Of a stretch of 64,000 nucleotides of DNA, positions 17,142 through 27,372 are shown piece after piece. How positions within the stretch are numbered: position 1 is the first letter of the stretch; every line of letters starts with the position of its first letter. The position numbers were made by a program, and so were the translations under genes. The stretch spans positions 1,334 to 65,333 of IMG/VR virus record IMGVR_UViG_3300020469_000044; one strand, written 5' to 3'. The stretch is from a virus. Lineage: Duplodnaviria > Caudoviricetes. A model generated the notes under the pieces. It was not told the origin of the DNA. It made no database searches and was given only the letters and a program-made list of their open reading frames with translations.

Positions 17142-18713
17142 TTATCTAGACTCAAGTCCTATGTTTTTGTTGAATGGTTTGTTTGCGCTTGCTCCAGCAT
17201 AAAACTGAAACTTAGCCGCTGCAAAATCTTTAATTTTAAATTCTAGGCCAGTTGACTTTCCACTGACTAGTAAATATAATTGTTGAACTGTACTAACTCT
17301 ATTTATCATTGAAGATAAACCATTGACATATGTTTTATTATCGTTTATTGTTCTTACTAATTCTTTAGAAAGAGGATAAAAAATAATACCAAATCTATCT
17401 TTATCTTTTAATCTTTTTTTATAGTATTGAATTGCTTTTAATTTATCAGTACATTCTCTTGGCCTAGACTTAGACTTATTCCAAAACATATCCATAATTT
17501 GCCACCATTCATTAGGGTTCTTTTTGTACAAATCATCTATTTTTTTCATTAAACCAACTCTTTCAAGTTGAAGTGGCTTAATTCCTAAAGCATCTAAAAT
17601 ATATTTGTAACCTGAATTATTATTTTTATATAAAATTTGATTTGCTAAAACTATATGAGTTAACCATACTTCAGATTGTCTACCTGTATTTGGTTCTAAA
17701 TAGCCTGCGTTTAATTTAGGGTTAGCAATAAGTTTAAGAATATTATCATAGGTTAGCTTTTCTTCTTTATTTAATTCCATGGCGCCTTCTTCATTTGAGT
17801 TAGAAACCCTATCATCTATTATTCTTGCCATTGCAGCAATAGAAGGAGTTCCTCCTTTACGGCCTGCCTTTGAAGATACTGACCAACCGTCAAAATAAAA
17901 GTCAACTAATGCTGCATTTGCATCTGTTGGAAAACTTAAACCTTTACCAGGATCTTTTACAACTGAAAATAAAAAGATACCTCCTAATATTTCTCCAAAA
18001 TCATTTGCTATTTTTTTAAGAGACTTTTCATCTATGTTATATTCTTGTTGTAAATTTTTACCAAAATCTAAATTAAACTTTTTACCTGCCTTTTTTAGAA
18101 ATTTACTTAAATCATCATATTTTGAAATAGAAGCTTGGTCTCTAGTATATTCTACTAATTTTATAAGGTACTCTGTGTAATTTTTTGGAAAAGTTTGAGC
18201 ATATTTTCTTTTTAAATTCTCTATAGTTACTGTGCATATTTCATCTGCTGTTTCGTAAGTTCCTTCTTCTAAGTCAAGAGCAACTGGTGTTAATTTTCCA
18301 CCGGAAACTGGCGCCTTTTCGCCCGAAGCGGTTTTACCTATATTACTAACAATACTGTATTCTTCCCCTTTTAAAAACTCAGTTGTTCCTACACTAATGT
18401 TTTTTAATATTGTAATAACTGCTGTTGCGAATTGACCTGATAGAGACTTTTCATCTCCTTTTTGATATATGTCTATTTTAAAAGAAATGTCAGGTAAACC
18501 CGCATCCATTAACATTTTTTCTAAATTGTCAGTTGGGTCTACTCCTAAATCTGCTCTTAAAGATTCTCCAGTTTTAGCCTTTCCAACTGCTCCTTTATAA
18601 GAAGTCAATTGCATCCAATTATTATAAGCTGGCTCAAACCATTTTCTTTTATACTTGTCCCTAGACTCATATAACTTATTTAATTGGATTTGAAAATTAG
18701 TTCTTATGCTCAT
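17142..18713 (-). CDS. hypothetical protein, possible PD-(D/E)xK nuclease fold
   Basis: DFGEILG...FPTDANAALVDFYFDGWSVSSKAG resembles an E..D..SxK nuclease core; start likely ATG 18713. Confidence 0.5.
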   Translation of the reverse strand: MSIRTNFQIQLNKLYESRDKYKRKWFEPAYNNWMQLTSYKGAVGKAKTGESLRADLGVDPTDNLEKMLMDAGLPDISFKIDIYQKGDEKSLSGQFATAVITILKNISVGTTEFLKGEEYSIVSNIGKTASGEKAPVSGGKLTPVALDLEEGTYETADEICTVTIENLKRKYAQTFPKNYTEYLIKLVEYTRDQASISKYDDLSKFLKKAGKKFNLDFGKNLQQEYNIDEKSLKKIANDFGEILGGIFLFSVVKDPGKGLSFPTDANAALVDFYFDGWSVSSKAGRKGGTPSIAAMARIIDDRVSNSNEEGAMELNKEEKLTYDNILKLIANPKLNAGYLEPNTGRQSEVWLTHIVLANQILYKNNNSGYKYILDALGIKPLQLERVGLMKKIDDLYKKNPNEWWQIMDMFWNKSKSRPRECTDKLKAIQYYKKRLKDKDRFGIIFYPLSKELVRTINDNKTYVNGLSSMINRVSTVQQLYLLVSGKSTGLEFKIKDFAAAKFQFYAGASANKPFNKNIGLESR

Positions 18714-18717
18714 ATCT

Positions 18718-20553
18718 TTATTTCTTAAATTCAGCAAACGTTAAAACCTGCTCTTGCATTTCAACACTTTCTTCCATTGTTTGTTTTAATAATTCGTACA
18801 TTTTATGCATTGACTTTGGCGTCATAGACTTAAACGTTCTTTCATCTCCATCTAATAAGGCGTTTCTTACCTTTGTTGCACTAATGTTATCGTCTGTTCT
18901 TGGAATTTCTTCTAATCTAAAATCTTCATCAACTCCTAATTCTTCTCTGTATTTTGGGTTATTAACTTGATAGCCATATGTTTTCATTCTATCACTACCT
19001 GTTCCCCAAAGTACTGGTTCATATTTAGGTCTCATTGCATTGAACATTTTATCAATTGCGCCAGTATCTATTACATAAACCGTTTCAATAGGATATTCTC
19101 TCATCACCTGTTTTATCATATTGACTTGCATTGTTTCATCAAATGGTCTTTTAAAACTGTCTTCTTTCTTTTTAGTTTTAGATTTGACTAAAAATATAAC
19201 AGTTGGCAATCCATTTTGCTTATGTAAATGTTCAACAACTTTAACATGGCCTAATGTGAATGGTTGAAACCTACCTACAAACATATTAACTTCTTTGGCA
19301 CCTTTTTCTTTGTGCTTTATTTTTAAACCTTCATTGATAGGATTTATTTGACCTTTAAGTGTATCGTTAATTTTAAAAGTTTTAAAATCCATTACACCGT
19401 CTTCCTCTACCTTTTCGTAAATTCTTGTTTCTATCTTTTCTATAATAGTGTTTAAGCTATTAAATGTATCGCCGGCTAAAACTCCATTTTCTTTTTGTCT
19501 TTTCTTTCTAAAAGTACCTAATGTAATTTTAAGTAGCTCAGCAACTTCTCTTGATTCATTAACAAGTCTGATAGTTTCTTGATTTGTTATCATCTTTGGG
19601 TTTAAATCAAACTCTTCATTGTTTGCAAACTCTGCACTATTAAAATCCATACCGATAAAACTTGCTCCATTGTCTTTTATAAATGAATTAAAACCTGCTG
19701 TCATTAATTCTAAATATCTCTCATCTACTTCTTTACTTTCAAGCTGTATTTCACTAAAATCAAATGAGTTAAAGTATTCAATGAGCTTTACTACTGTAAT
19801 TTGATATGCATCGGAACTTTTTCTTTCTGCAGCTTCTTTATTTTCTTTTAGGGGACTTTGTAATTTAAAGTTCTTTAATGTTTTTCCATCAGCAAAACTT
19901 ATTACTAAACCATCTATGTCTTTATGAATGTCATTATTTAACATTGACTTATACATAGACTCATTAAATACTGTAAACATTCTATATGAAAAACTAAAGT
20001 CTTCTAATTTCATTCTAGCCTGTTCTCCTTGTAAACTTAGTATATTAACTAACTTTTCCTTTTGATGATCTGAAAGGACACCTTCAAAAACAACTTCAGG
20101 AGATTGTACTTCTAATATTTTTGCCCATTTTTCTAGAATTCTTGGATCTCTAAGAACTTTTTTAATTTGAGTTCTATCTTCATTAAGAACTTGAATGTGT
20201 GTTAATATAAGGTTATTTTTTGGCAGCATATCATATTCAATATCTACTGTCTTTTCACTAACCATATAGTCAAATCCAAATTTCCAATCATTTGGCATTT
20301 GCTGAATTTGTTCGTCTAGTAAAGCGTTAAAGTGGCCAATTCCTCTTTCATAATAAGAAACTATTGTTCTATCTATTTTATTAAGAGGCTGTTTATTACC
20401 TGATTTATAAAACTGCAAAAGCCTGTCTTCTCTTCTTATATGAAGACTACTTGCTTGAATTTTTTCAGTTACTAAACACTTTTGGTTTAGTAGACTATTA
20501 AAGTCTTCTTTTTCAACTGAATCATAATATGTTCTTAAATCTTGTAATGCCAT
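18718..20553 (-). CDS. RNA-ligase-fold domain fused to an HxGH nucleotidyltransferase (cytidyltransferase/NMNAT-like)
   Basis: N-terminal VTEKIQAS and IDGLVI..K; C-terminal GRFQPFTLGH, GSDR, ISATKVR. Confidence 0.75.
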   Translation of the reverse strand: MALQDLRTYYDSVEKEDFNSLLNQKCLVTEKIQASSLHIRREDRLLQFYKSGNKQPLNKIDRTIVSYYERGIGHFNALLDEQIQQMPNDWKFGFDYMVSEKTVDIEYDMLPKNNLILTHIQVLNEDRTQIKKVLRDPRILEKWAKILEVQSPEVVFEGVLSDHQKEKLVNILSLQGEQARMKLEDFSFSYRMFTVFNESMYKSMLNNDIHKDIDGLVISFADGKTLKNFKLQSPLKENKEAAERKSSDAYQITVVKLIEYFNSFDFSEIQLESKEVDERYLELMTAGFNSFIKDNGASFIGMDFNSAEFANNEEFDLNPKMITNQETIRLVNESREVAELLKITLGTFRKKRQKENGVLAGDTFNSLNTIIEKIETRIYEKVEEDGVMDFKTFKINDTLKGQINPINEGLKIKHKEKGAKEVNMFVGRFQPFTLGHVKVVEHLHKQNGLPTVIFLVKSKTKKKEDSFKRPFDETMQVNMIKQVMREYPIETVYVIDTGAIDKMFNAMRPKYEPVLWGTGSDRMKTYGYQVNNPKYREELGVDEDFRLEEIPRTDDNISATKVRNALLDGDERTFKSMTPKSMHKMYELLKQTMEESVEMQEQVLTFAEFKK

Positions 20554-20559
20554 TTCTTT

Positions 20560-21141
20560 TTATTTAGTCCAACCGTCAGGTGTTGATGAGATAGAAGTTT
20601 TAAAGCCCATTGACTTTACTTTCTTTGCTATCATCTCAACTCCTTTAGTTATTTTGTCAAACATTTCAACGTCTTTATCTTCAACTTTACTATATTCCTC
20701 AGGGTGTCTAATTTGTCTAGGGATATTTAAGTAAAATTCAAAACCATTTTTTGGAGAATATACATATCCCATATCAGATGCGGAACCGTTTCCATATCTA
20801 TAAAAACTAAACTTATTATATGCATCGCTTGGTATTTTTCTTTTTAAACTCCAAAAAGCGTCGTTAACATACTTATATGCTTTAATTTCATTTGTTGTTG
20901 GAACTCCGTATTTTTTAATATATTTATCAATTGACTTTGAGTCTGATGAATAAACTGATAACACTCTAGAATTTGTTGCGTCATTTGCTCTAGCCGATGA
21001 ACCGTCCCATGTCCACGGTGTTAGTGTCATAACTGAATAGTCTCTTGATCTATTACTAAAGATAACGTCTCTTGGAAAAAAGAATGCAACATTAGCTTGA
21101 GCTTCGTTTACAAATTCTTCAAATAGTTTTGTATGTTTCAT
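20560..21141 (-). CDS. hypothetical protein with capsid-targeting-like leader (MKHTKLFEEFVNEA)
   Basis: Start revised to 21141, 3 nt after GATAAATAT. Confidence 0.75.
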   Translation of the reverse strand: MKHTKLFEEFVNEAQANVAFFFPRDVIFSNRSRDYSVMTLTPWTWDGSSARANDATNSRVLSVYSSDSKSIDKYIKKYGVPTTNEIKAYKYVNDAFWSLKRKIPSDAYNKFSFYRYGNGSASDMGYVYSPKNGFEFYLNIPRQIRHPEEYSKVEDKDVEMFDKITKGVEMIAKKVKSMGFKTSISSTPDGWTK

Positions 21142-21148
21142 AATATAT

Positions 21149-22414
21149 TTATCTTCCATATTTTATTATACCCATAAGCTGGTTTATTGCAGCGAATGTA
21201 CCTGTAAGTTTCATAATCTTACCTTTATATTTAAAGACTATTCCCTCTGTTGGTACAATACCTTCAATACCTCCGATACTTTCTAGTCTTTCTAATTCTG
21301 CTTCGATCTTAGCAACTTGTTTTAAATCACCATTAAGTTTAACATTAGCAGCAGCTTTTCTAATCTTATCGTGTAGGTTTTTCTTTTCTAAATCAGGATT
21401 TGCAGCAACAAAATTACTTGCATTTAATAATACGTCTTTTCCTAACTCTAAAAATAAGTTTTCGAATGGTAAAATATTTTGCTTGTATTTTTTACCCTTT
21501 ATCTTGTCAAACTCTTTTATTTTTTTCATTTGTTCAGGAGTGGCAAGTTTTTTCATAGCAACCATGTTCATAGTTTGCTTGTCATTATACGCCCATCTTA
21601 AAAATAAACCTTCTTTTAAATCACTTGGAATATCTGCAAAATCTTTTTCAATTTCTCTTCTCCACCATGCTTCGTGATACATTTTAACCTCATCGCCGTC
21701 TGATAAATTAAATACATCTCTTAAATCATTTAATTTACTATGATAATAACTTTGTCTCTTTTCAAAATCTACGTTTTTTTGAAGTTTTAATATCTGTGGT
21801 GGAATAATAGTAAATGTCTTTTGAACATCTGCCTCTATGCCTTTAAGAAGTCTTGCAAGTTTTGCACCAGTTTGTTGTGACATTTTAGTAATATTACCTT
21901 TGCCATCTGTTTCTGCCATGCCGTGAAATTGAATAACATCTCTGTCATAATTAATTACGTTAGGGTTCTTAGAATAAATTAACTCCATATTAAGAAAGTT
22001 TTGACCATTCTTAAATTCTTGGTGATCGCTTAAACTTAATAATGCAGCTTCTAAATCAGTTGCAGCATAGATAAAAGTATCTTCAACTAGTTTTGATGCA
22101 TGGCCAGTAAACATTTTAATAACTCCATCTAAAGATACTGGAGCAAGTAGTTGTCCTTTATTTCTTGAGAAAAGAACTTGACCATCCTTTACTGTTACAA
22201 AAAAGTTTTGGCCATCTGTTTTTTCAGTAGGGCCTTCTTCAAAATGTATTTCGCCTTGTAATGAATTTGTAACAATAGTTTTAAAATCTTGGAAAGTTAA
22301 ATCATTATAGTCAAAAGGATGTGGCATGTGGCCAGCAGCTCCTCCTTCTAAAATCAAATTACCCTCTACTATCTGAGCCTTTTCGACTAGAAATTGTTTG
22401 TAAGTTAATAACAT
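21149..22414 (-). CDS. RNA-ligase-fold nucleotidyltransferase (DUF6267-like) with capsid-targeting-like leader
   Basis: MLLTYKQFLVE leader; GHMPHPFD, TEKTDGQN (motif I), EGIVF (motif IV), KLTG (motif V). Confidence 0.75.
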   Translation of the reverse strand: MLLTYKQFLVEKAQIVEGNLILEGGAAGHMPHPFDYNDLTFQDFKTIVTNSLQGEIHFEEGPTEKTDGQNFFVTVKDGQVLFSRNKGQLLAPVSLDGVIKMFTGHASKLVEDTFIYAATDLEAALLSLSDHQEFKNGQNFLNMELIYSKNPNVINYDRDVIQFHGMAETDGKGNITKMSQQTGAKLARLLKGIEADVQKTFTIIPPQILKLQKNVDFEKRQSYYHSKLNDLRDVFNLSDGDEVKMYHEAWWRREIEKDFADIPSDLKEGLFLRWAYNDKQTMNMVAMKKLATPEQMKKIKEFDKIKGKKYKQNILPFENLFLELGKDVLLNASNFVAANPDLEKKNLHDKIRKAAANVKLNGDLKQVAKIEAELERLESIGGIEGIVPTEGIVFKYKGKIMKLTGTFAAINQLMGIIKYGR

Positions 22415-22429
22415 GTTTATATTTTATTT

Positions 22430-22951
22430 TTATCCTAAAGATGATTGTAACATTCCTACAGCTGCACCATAATCTCCGTCAGCTTTCTTTAACATTCCTT
22501 CTCCTGCTTCTTTAGCTTTAGCTTCGTCAAAATCATCGCCAAATGCTTCTTTATACATTGTCATAACCATTTCCATAAAATCTTCATCAGATTTAACTTC
22601 AGCTTCTTCAACTTTAGCTTCAGTAACTTCATTAGATTCTTTTACTTTATAAGTTTCTCCATCTACTGTAAATTCTTTTTCACCTTTTTCTTTAGCATCT
22701 TTAACAGCAGCACCGAATGCATTACCTTCAGTTTCTACCTCATCAGTTTCACCAACTAATTTACTAAAAAATTCAGTTCTTTGTTCTTCAGCTATTTCAG
22801 CAACAGTAGATACTTCATACTCTGCTAATAGGTCAGCAAATCTTTGAGCTTCAGTTGTTCTCTTTGTAGTTGCTTCTTCTTTTAATTTAGTGTCCATTGC
22901 TGCTTTTCTAGTTTCAGAAAACGTAGCAAATGATTGAATTTGATTTTCCAT
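22430..22951 (-). CDS. acidic putative prohead core/internal protein
   Basis: IQSFATFSE leader, very E-rich, EGNAFG..KEFTVDGETYKVKE segment; GATATATAA at 22984-22992. Confidence 0.6.
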   Translation of the reverse strand: MENQIQSFATFSETRKAAMDTKLKEEATTKRTTEAQRFADLLAEYEVSTVAEIAEEQRTEFFSKLVGETDEVETEGNAFGAAVKDAKEKGEKEFTVDGETYKVKESNEVTEAKVEEAEVKSDEDFMEMVMTMYKEAFGDDFDEAKAKEAGEGMLKKADGDYGAAVGMLQSSLG

Positions 22952-23002
22952 ATTAATTTTATTTTTTTATTACTATAATATAATTATATATCAACTTAAA
23001 TG

Positions 23003-24502
23003 TCATTCAAATTGAAATTTTTTCACGCTGTATTCAAATTGTTGTTCTTTATAAATAGACTGTCTTGCCTTAGAGTGTTTCATTAAATAATTACTCCACT
23101 CATCAGTGGCTAAATCGTCTACAAAGTCTATAATAAGAACGCTACTTTTTGAATGATGTTGTCTTAATCCTCTGCCAATTGATTGTCTAATAATAACCTC
23201 AGACTTAAAACTTTCTGTAAAAAAGATATTGTGAATTTTTTTAATTGATATACCTGTAGAGAATGTACCATAGCTTGCAACGATTGCAACCTCATCTCCT
23301 GCCTCCATTTTTTTCTTATACTCTTCCCTAATATCTTTATCTGTACCACCGTCTACATAATAAACTGCCTTGTTACTTTCTTGCCTAAGTTTTTCATAAA
23401 CCTTTTTTCCATGTTCAATCCTATGAAAAAGAATAAGACTATTTCTTGGTATTTTACCAATAACCTTACATATAAAATTTAATCTTGGTTCTGAATTAAT
23501 TATGTAGTTTTGTTCTAATTGAAATAAGTCTTTATTTTCATATCTGTTTTGTGCCATTTCTGTAAAGGCGTTCTTAGCGCTTTCAGGTGCATAGTCCATC
23601 TCTATTACTTTTACTTTACAGTTTGCGATATAACCTTCATTTTGTAAAAAACTAGCACTTACCTCACTGATTAGTGGACCTGTATACGCCATTAAAGTTA
23701 ATCTGTCTAAGGTGCCGTCTTTAGGAATTGTACCTGAAAGCCCATATCTATAGTTTGCGTTTACGCATTTTTGTAAAATAGTTTTAATAGATTGGCTTTT
23801 CATCTTATGGCACTCGTCAATTATTACAGCATCAAATTGGTCGAAGTATTCTTGTTTCTTTTTTACAAGAGATTGATATGTGCCTATCACAACATTTCTG
23901 CCTTCTCTTATTTTTTTACCACTATAAATTTGTTGTATTTTTATATTTACTCTATTTGCATAATTATAATCTGAAAAATCTTCAGTGGCTTGTACTACTA
24001 ACGAAACGTTTGGTACTATAAATAAAATCTTTTTTGCCTTCTCTTGTTCTAACAAATAAGCTACCGTAAGGAAGCTGATTAAAGTCTTGCCTGCTGATGT
24101 GGCAAGTTCGCTAAGACACTTTCTAAACTTAAGGATATTATACGCAGCTTCGATTTGATAGTCCCTAGGAGTTATCTCTGAGCCTTTAAAAAAGGCCAAC
24201 GCCCATTTTTCAAAATATTCTGCTGTAACGTCCTTGTCAAAGAGCTGTTTAACGCCGTTGATATTTAATTCGAACTTATATTCTTTACAAACATTGTATA
24301 CATATCTCCACAAGCCGGCGGGTATCCATTTGTTATCTTTAAAATAAGAAATGTATCCGTCCCAAATTCCTTTTTTAACTAGAGGGTTGAACCTCCAGCT
24401 ATCAATACGCTTAGTGAGTGATATATTTAGTTGTTCGATTTCAAGTTCTGTTGCTTCATCAACTCTTAAATATTGTTTGTTCTCTGTAAGAGTAAGCTCC
24501 AT
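23003..24502 (-). CDS. uvsW: SF2 DNA helicase UvsW
   Basis: PRDYQ, ATSAGKT, DECH, GLSGT, FSTGISIK, QSIGRGLR. Confidence 0.95.
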   Translation of the reverse strand: MELTLTENKQYLRVDEATELEIEQLNISLTKRIDSWRFNPLVKKGIWDGYISYFKDNKWIPAGLWRYVYNVCKEYKFELNINGVKQLFDKDVTAEYFEKWALAFFKGSEITPRDYQIEAAYNILKFRKCLSELATSAGKTLISFLTVAYLLEQEKAKKILFIVPNVSLVVQATEDFSDYNYANRVNIKIQQIYSGKKIREGRNVVIGTYQSLVKKKQEYFDQFDAVIIDECHKMKSQSIKTILQKCVNANYRYGLSGTIPKDGTLDRLTLMAYTGPLISEVSASFLQNEGYIANCKVKVIEMDYAPESAKNAFTEMAQNRYENKDLFQLEQNYIINSEPRLNFICKVIGKIPRNSLILFHRIEHGKKVYEKLRQESNKAVYYVDGGTDKDIREEYKKKMEAGDEVAIVASYGTFSTGISIKKIHNIFFTESFKSEVIIRQSIGRGLRQHHSKSSVLIIDFVDDLATDEWSNYLMKHSKARQSIYKEQQFEYSVKKFQFE

Positions 24503-24520
24503 TCATTACCTTATTTTTTA

Positions 24521-24964
24521 TCATACTAGGTCTTTTATTGCTAACCTATTACGAACAGCGAATCCCATATTATCTAAAGTCTTTATTGACTCTCTGTAGA
24601 ATTCAACCTGATTTTCTAAATGTGACAAAATCATTTTATCATCTGCCAACTCTGCTTCTAAAAATTGAGACTTTATTTTGTCTGTCAATTTATAGTCGTA
24701 GTTGTAATATCTTATCCAAGCCTCTTTCCATTTAACATCGACTTGTTTCTTTTGTTCTTTTGTTTTAAGTTGCACATACATTAACTGTTCTACCATTAAT
24801 TGTCTTGTATGTAAAATGTCACCTATAACTATTTCCATACCACTTAAGGTTTTTATACCATGTGCAAGCCCAGTTATTTTTTTAGTCCATTTTTCACGTT
24901 GTTGGCCAAGTCTTTCATCTAACTTTAATATCTTACTTGCCTTTGTATCTTTTTGTGCTTCCAT
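24521..24964 (-). CDS. uvsY: recombination mediator UvsY-like
   Basis: Helical 147-aa protein with a YY core and IKTLDNMGFAVRN C-terminus, adjacent to uvsW. Confidence 0.7.
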   Translation of the reverse strand: MEAQKDTKASKILKLDERLGQQREKWTKKITGLAHGIKTLSGMEIVIGDILHTRQLMVEQLMYVQLKTKEQKKQVDVKWKEAWIRYYNYDYKLTDKIKSQFLEAELADDKMILSHLENQVEFYRESIKTLDNMGFAVRNRLAIKDLV

Positions 24965-25164
24965 TAAAACAATCCTTTTTTATTAGTTTTTATAAATTTT
25001 GATGTTGTTAGTTTTTTCTTAAATTTAGGTTGATTTATTTTAATACCTTTACCTTTAAATTCTTCTTCATTAAATTTAAAATCTAACATTTTTTTTAAAT
25101 TTTTAAACCTGTTTTTATCTCTATAAAACTTGTCTAATTCCTCGTCCATGTCTATATTAAACAT
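24964..25164 (-). CDS. small basic hypothetical protein
   Basis: 66 aa, translationally coupled on both sides. Confidence 0.65.
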   Translation of the reverse strand: MFNIDMDEELDKFYRDKNRFKNLKKMLDFKFNEEEFKGKGIKINQPKFKKKLTTSKFIKTNKKGLF

Positions 25165-26239
25165 ATCTTAAATCTAGTTTGTCGTTAGTAAAATATTCTT
25201 CTAAGCTAGATAAAGATAATGGTATTTTTTTATTATAACAAACCTTTACAAGGTCGTTTAAATCTTTAATATTATATTTATCTATTTTTTTATCCTTTAA
25301 ATATTTATTCCACATAAACACTTGCTTACCTGACCTTAGTTTTTCAATTGATTTTTTAAGACCTGTTTCGTCATTGTCTAACATATATCTGCTACTTTCA
25401 ATATAGTCTAATTTTGTTGTATCTCGACCAGCCGTACAAAGCGCTATCGAGTTTCTCATAAACAATGCGTCTAATGGGCCTTCAAATATAGTGACTGGGT
25501 TTTGAAAGTTTACACGTAACGCACCGAAAAGAGTTGATACATTATTAAATTGATTTCTAGTTTCTTCATCCATTTCAATTGGCTTATTCAATATAGCTTC
25601 ATGAATTTTACTTAAATCATATGTTAAATATCTTGAACCCTTACCTCTCATTCTTCTACACTGTGCTCCTATAATTCTTCCATCGTGTGATTTATTTAAA
25701 ATCCACAATCTTTGGTCTTTTGGGTTAAACAAGAAATTGTCTAATTTTTTATGTAAAAGTCTTTCCTTAAGTTTAAACCAAATCCAATCTCCTATTTGAA
25801 TTGGTTTTGCGCCAGATGCTTTTGAAAAATCTTCTACTTTAACTGAAAGCTCTAGAATTTTTTCATATACAAATGGAGTAAACTTCTCAGAACGATCTAC
25901 TGTATGTTTTTTGCTTTTAACATAATCAATTAATGCAATAGCATCCATTTTATCTGGCAATTGTGTACCAAAGTCTTTTAGGAAATAATAAATGTTTGTG
26001 TGATAATCACAATTAAAACAATGATATTGAAGGGTGTCCCAAAATAGATTACCTCTCTTTGCAGAATCATCCGTTGATGAATCACCACAATAAGGACATG
26101 CCAAGTTTAATCTACTTGACATGTCTTTAATCATTTGTTTATTCTGATTAGAATGAGATTTTACAACTACTTCTTTAACAAGTACTTTAATCTTTTCCTT
26201 TAACTCTATGGTTAATTCAATATTAGAGTTCGAGGTCAT
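25157..26239 (-). CDS. gp61: DNA primase (T4 gp61-like)
   Basis: CPYCGDS...HCFNC Zn ribbon; TOPRIM EGPLD, LDND.TG; KDLND. Confidence 0.93.
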   Translation of the reverse strand: MTSNSNIELTIELKEKIKVLVKEVVVKSHSNQNKQMIKDMSSRLNLACPYCGDSSTDDSAKRGNLFWDTLQYHCFNCDYHTNIYYFLKDFGTQLPDKMDAIALIDYVKSKKHTVDRSEKFTPFVYEKILELSVKVEDFSKASGAKPIQIGDWIWFKLKERLLHKKLDNFLFNPKDQRLWILNKSHDGRIIGAQCRRMRGKGSRYLTYDLSKIHEAILNKPIEMDEETRNQFNNVSTLFGALRVNFQNPVTIFEGPLDALFMRNSIALCTAGRDTTKLDYIESSRYMLDNDETGLKKSIEKLRSGKQVFMWNKYLKDKKIDKYNIKDLNDLVKVCYNKKIPLSLSSLEEYFTNDKLDLRYV

Positions 26240-27161
26240 TCAAAAAAGATTCTAAATCATCTCCACCTGCTGGTGTAGCTTCTTTTTTGTCTTCTTTTGA
26301 AGTTGTAGCTTTTTCAGCTTTAGGAGTTGCTGTTGTAGTTGTTGCAGCTTTTGCAGCTGTTGTATCTTTAGGCTTTGCTTCAAATGCATTAGTTACAGCA
26401 TCCATTGCGTCTCCTGGGTTTAAATACATTTTGATAACGCTATTTACAAAATCTCTAGTTTCATCATCCCATGGTCTATATTCAAATTGCTTTAAGGATG
26501 GAGCACCTTCGAGTTCGTTTTTAATAGTTGCCATATCTTCTTTAGATCTTTCTGCAGCTTTTTCACCTATCATAATTGCAGATTTTGAAGATGAAAATTT
26601 GGACTTATCATAATTATTATAATCGTTTTGTCTTGTAATAACTAATTCAAAGTTTTTACCTTCAAATAAATCAAAAACCTGTGTTGGGTCACCAAAAGTA
26701 GGCTTTAATTCTGCGTCAACTTTTTCTTTGATTTTATAACCGAATTTGAAAATCTTATAAGTACCTTCTAATTCTGGTTGTTGAGGGTCTTTAATAATTT
26801 TCACTAACGAAACATAAGACTCTCTTCTTTTTAATTTGTCAGAAGCTTTTCTATCTACTGCGCTTTCTGATTTTCTTAATCTAAAAAATGCATCAGAAAC
26901 TGGACAATGTTCACCAACGGTTGTTGGAGAATCAATAAGCCTAGACTCACCGTCAGGGCCAGTTAGCCAATTTACATATTTTTTTACTAATGAATTTCTT
27001 GGATTTTCAATGTTTGGAACAAAACGAATTAACGCTTTATATGTTCCATCTTTGCCGTCATCGGCAGAAGGCTTATACATCATATTAGTGTTTGTATTTG
27101 CCTCTTGTTCATGAGTATTGATGTCTTCTACGCCAATACTAAAAATGTTAAAATCTTCCAT
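26223..27161 (-). CDS. gp32: single-stranded DNA-binding protein (T4 gp32-like)
   Basis: ALIRFVP, CPV, KIFKFG.KI, FDLFEG.NF, NYDKSKF and an acidic C-terminal tail. Confidence 0.92.
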   Translation of the reverse strand: MEDFNIFSIGVEDINTHEQEANTNTNMMYKPSADDGKDGTYKALIRFVPNIENPRNSLVKKYVNWLTGPDGESRLIDSPTTVGEHCPVSDAFFRLRKSESAVDRKASDKLKRRESYVSLVKIIKDPQQPELEGTYKIFKFGYKIKEKVDAELKPTFGDPTQVFDLFEGKNFELVITRQNDYNNYDKSKFSSSKSAIMIGEKAAERSKEDMATIKNELEGAPSLKQFEYRPWDDETRDFVNSVIKMYLNPGDAMDAVTNAFEAKPKDTTAAKAATTTTATPKAEKATTSKEDKKEATPAGGDDLESFLNDLEL

Positions 27162-27215
27162 AACTTTTAATCTTTAATTTACTTTAATTTACCGTTTATA
27201 CTTTAATAACTTTAA
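27162..27215 (-). promoter_or_regulatory. TTAAAG-repeat leader, putative gp32 autogenous translational operator
   Basis: About 5 (A)TTAAA(A)G units directly 5' of the SSB ATG. Confidence 0.55.
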
Positions 27216-27243
27216 TTATATACAGAAACTTTAAAATGTTTCA
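27216..27243 (-). promoter_or_regulatory. TGAAAC-N15-TATATAA promoter of the SSB/primase/uvsY/uvsW operon
   Basis: Exact bipartite motif. Confidence 0.75.
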
Positions 27244-27244
27244 T

Positions 27245-27360
27245 AATATGAACCTTGTTTGTGAGTCTAACCGACTAGAGTTCGTGCTATTGCACCTTTC
27301 TTATTTGGTCGAACAGGGTCCGATAATTAGTGTCCAATTATGAACTAGTTTATCGTTTTC
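27245..27360 (-). ncRNA. candidate ~115-nt structured RNA or leader upstream of SSB
   Basis: CGATAA..TTATCG hairpin; GGACCCTGTT/AACAAGGTTC stem enclosing GTGC/GCAC and AGTC/GACT hairpins; lies between two promoters. Confidence 0.45.
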
Positions 27361-27372
27361 CATATACATATA

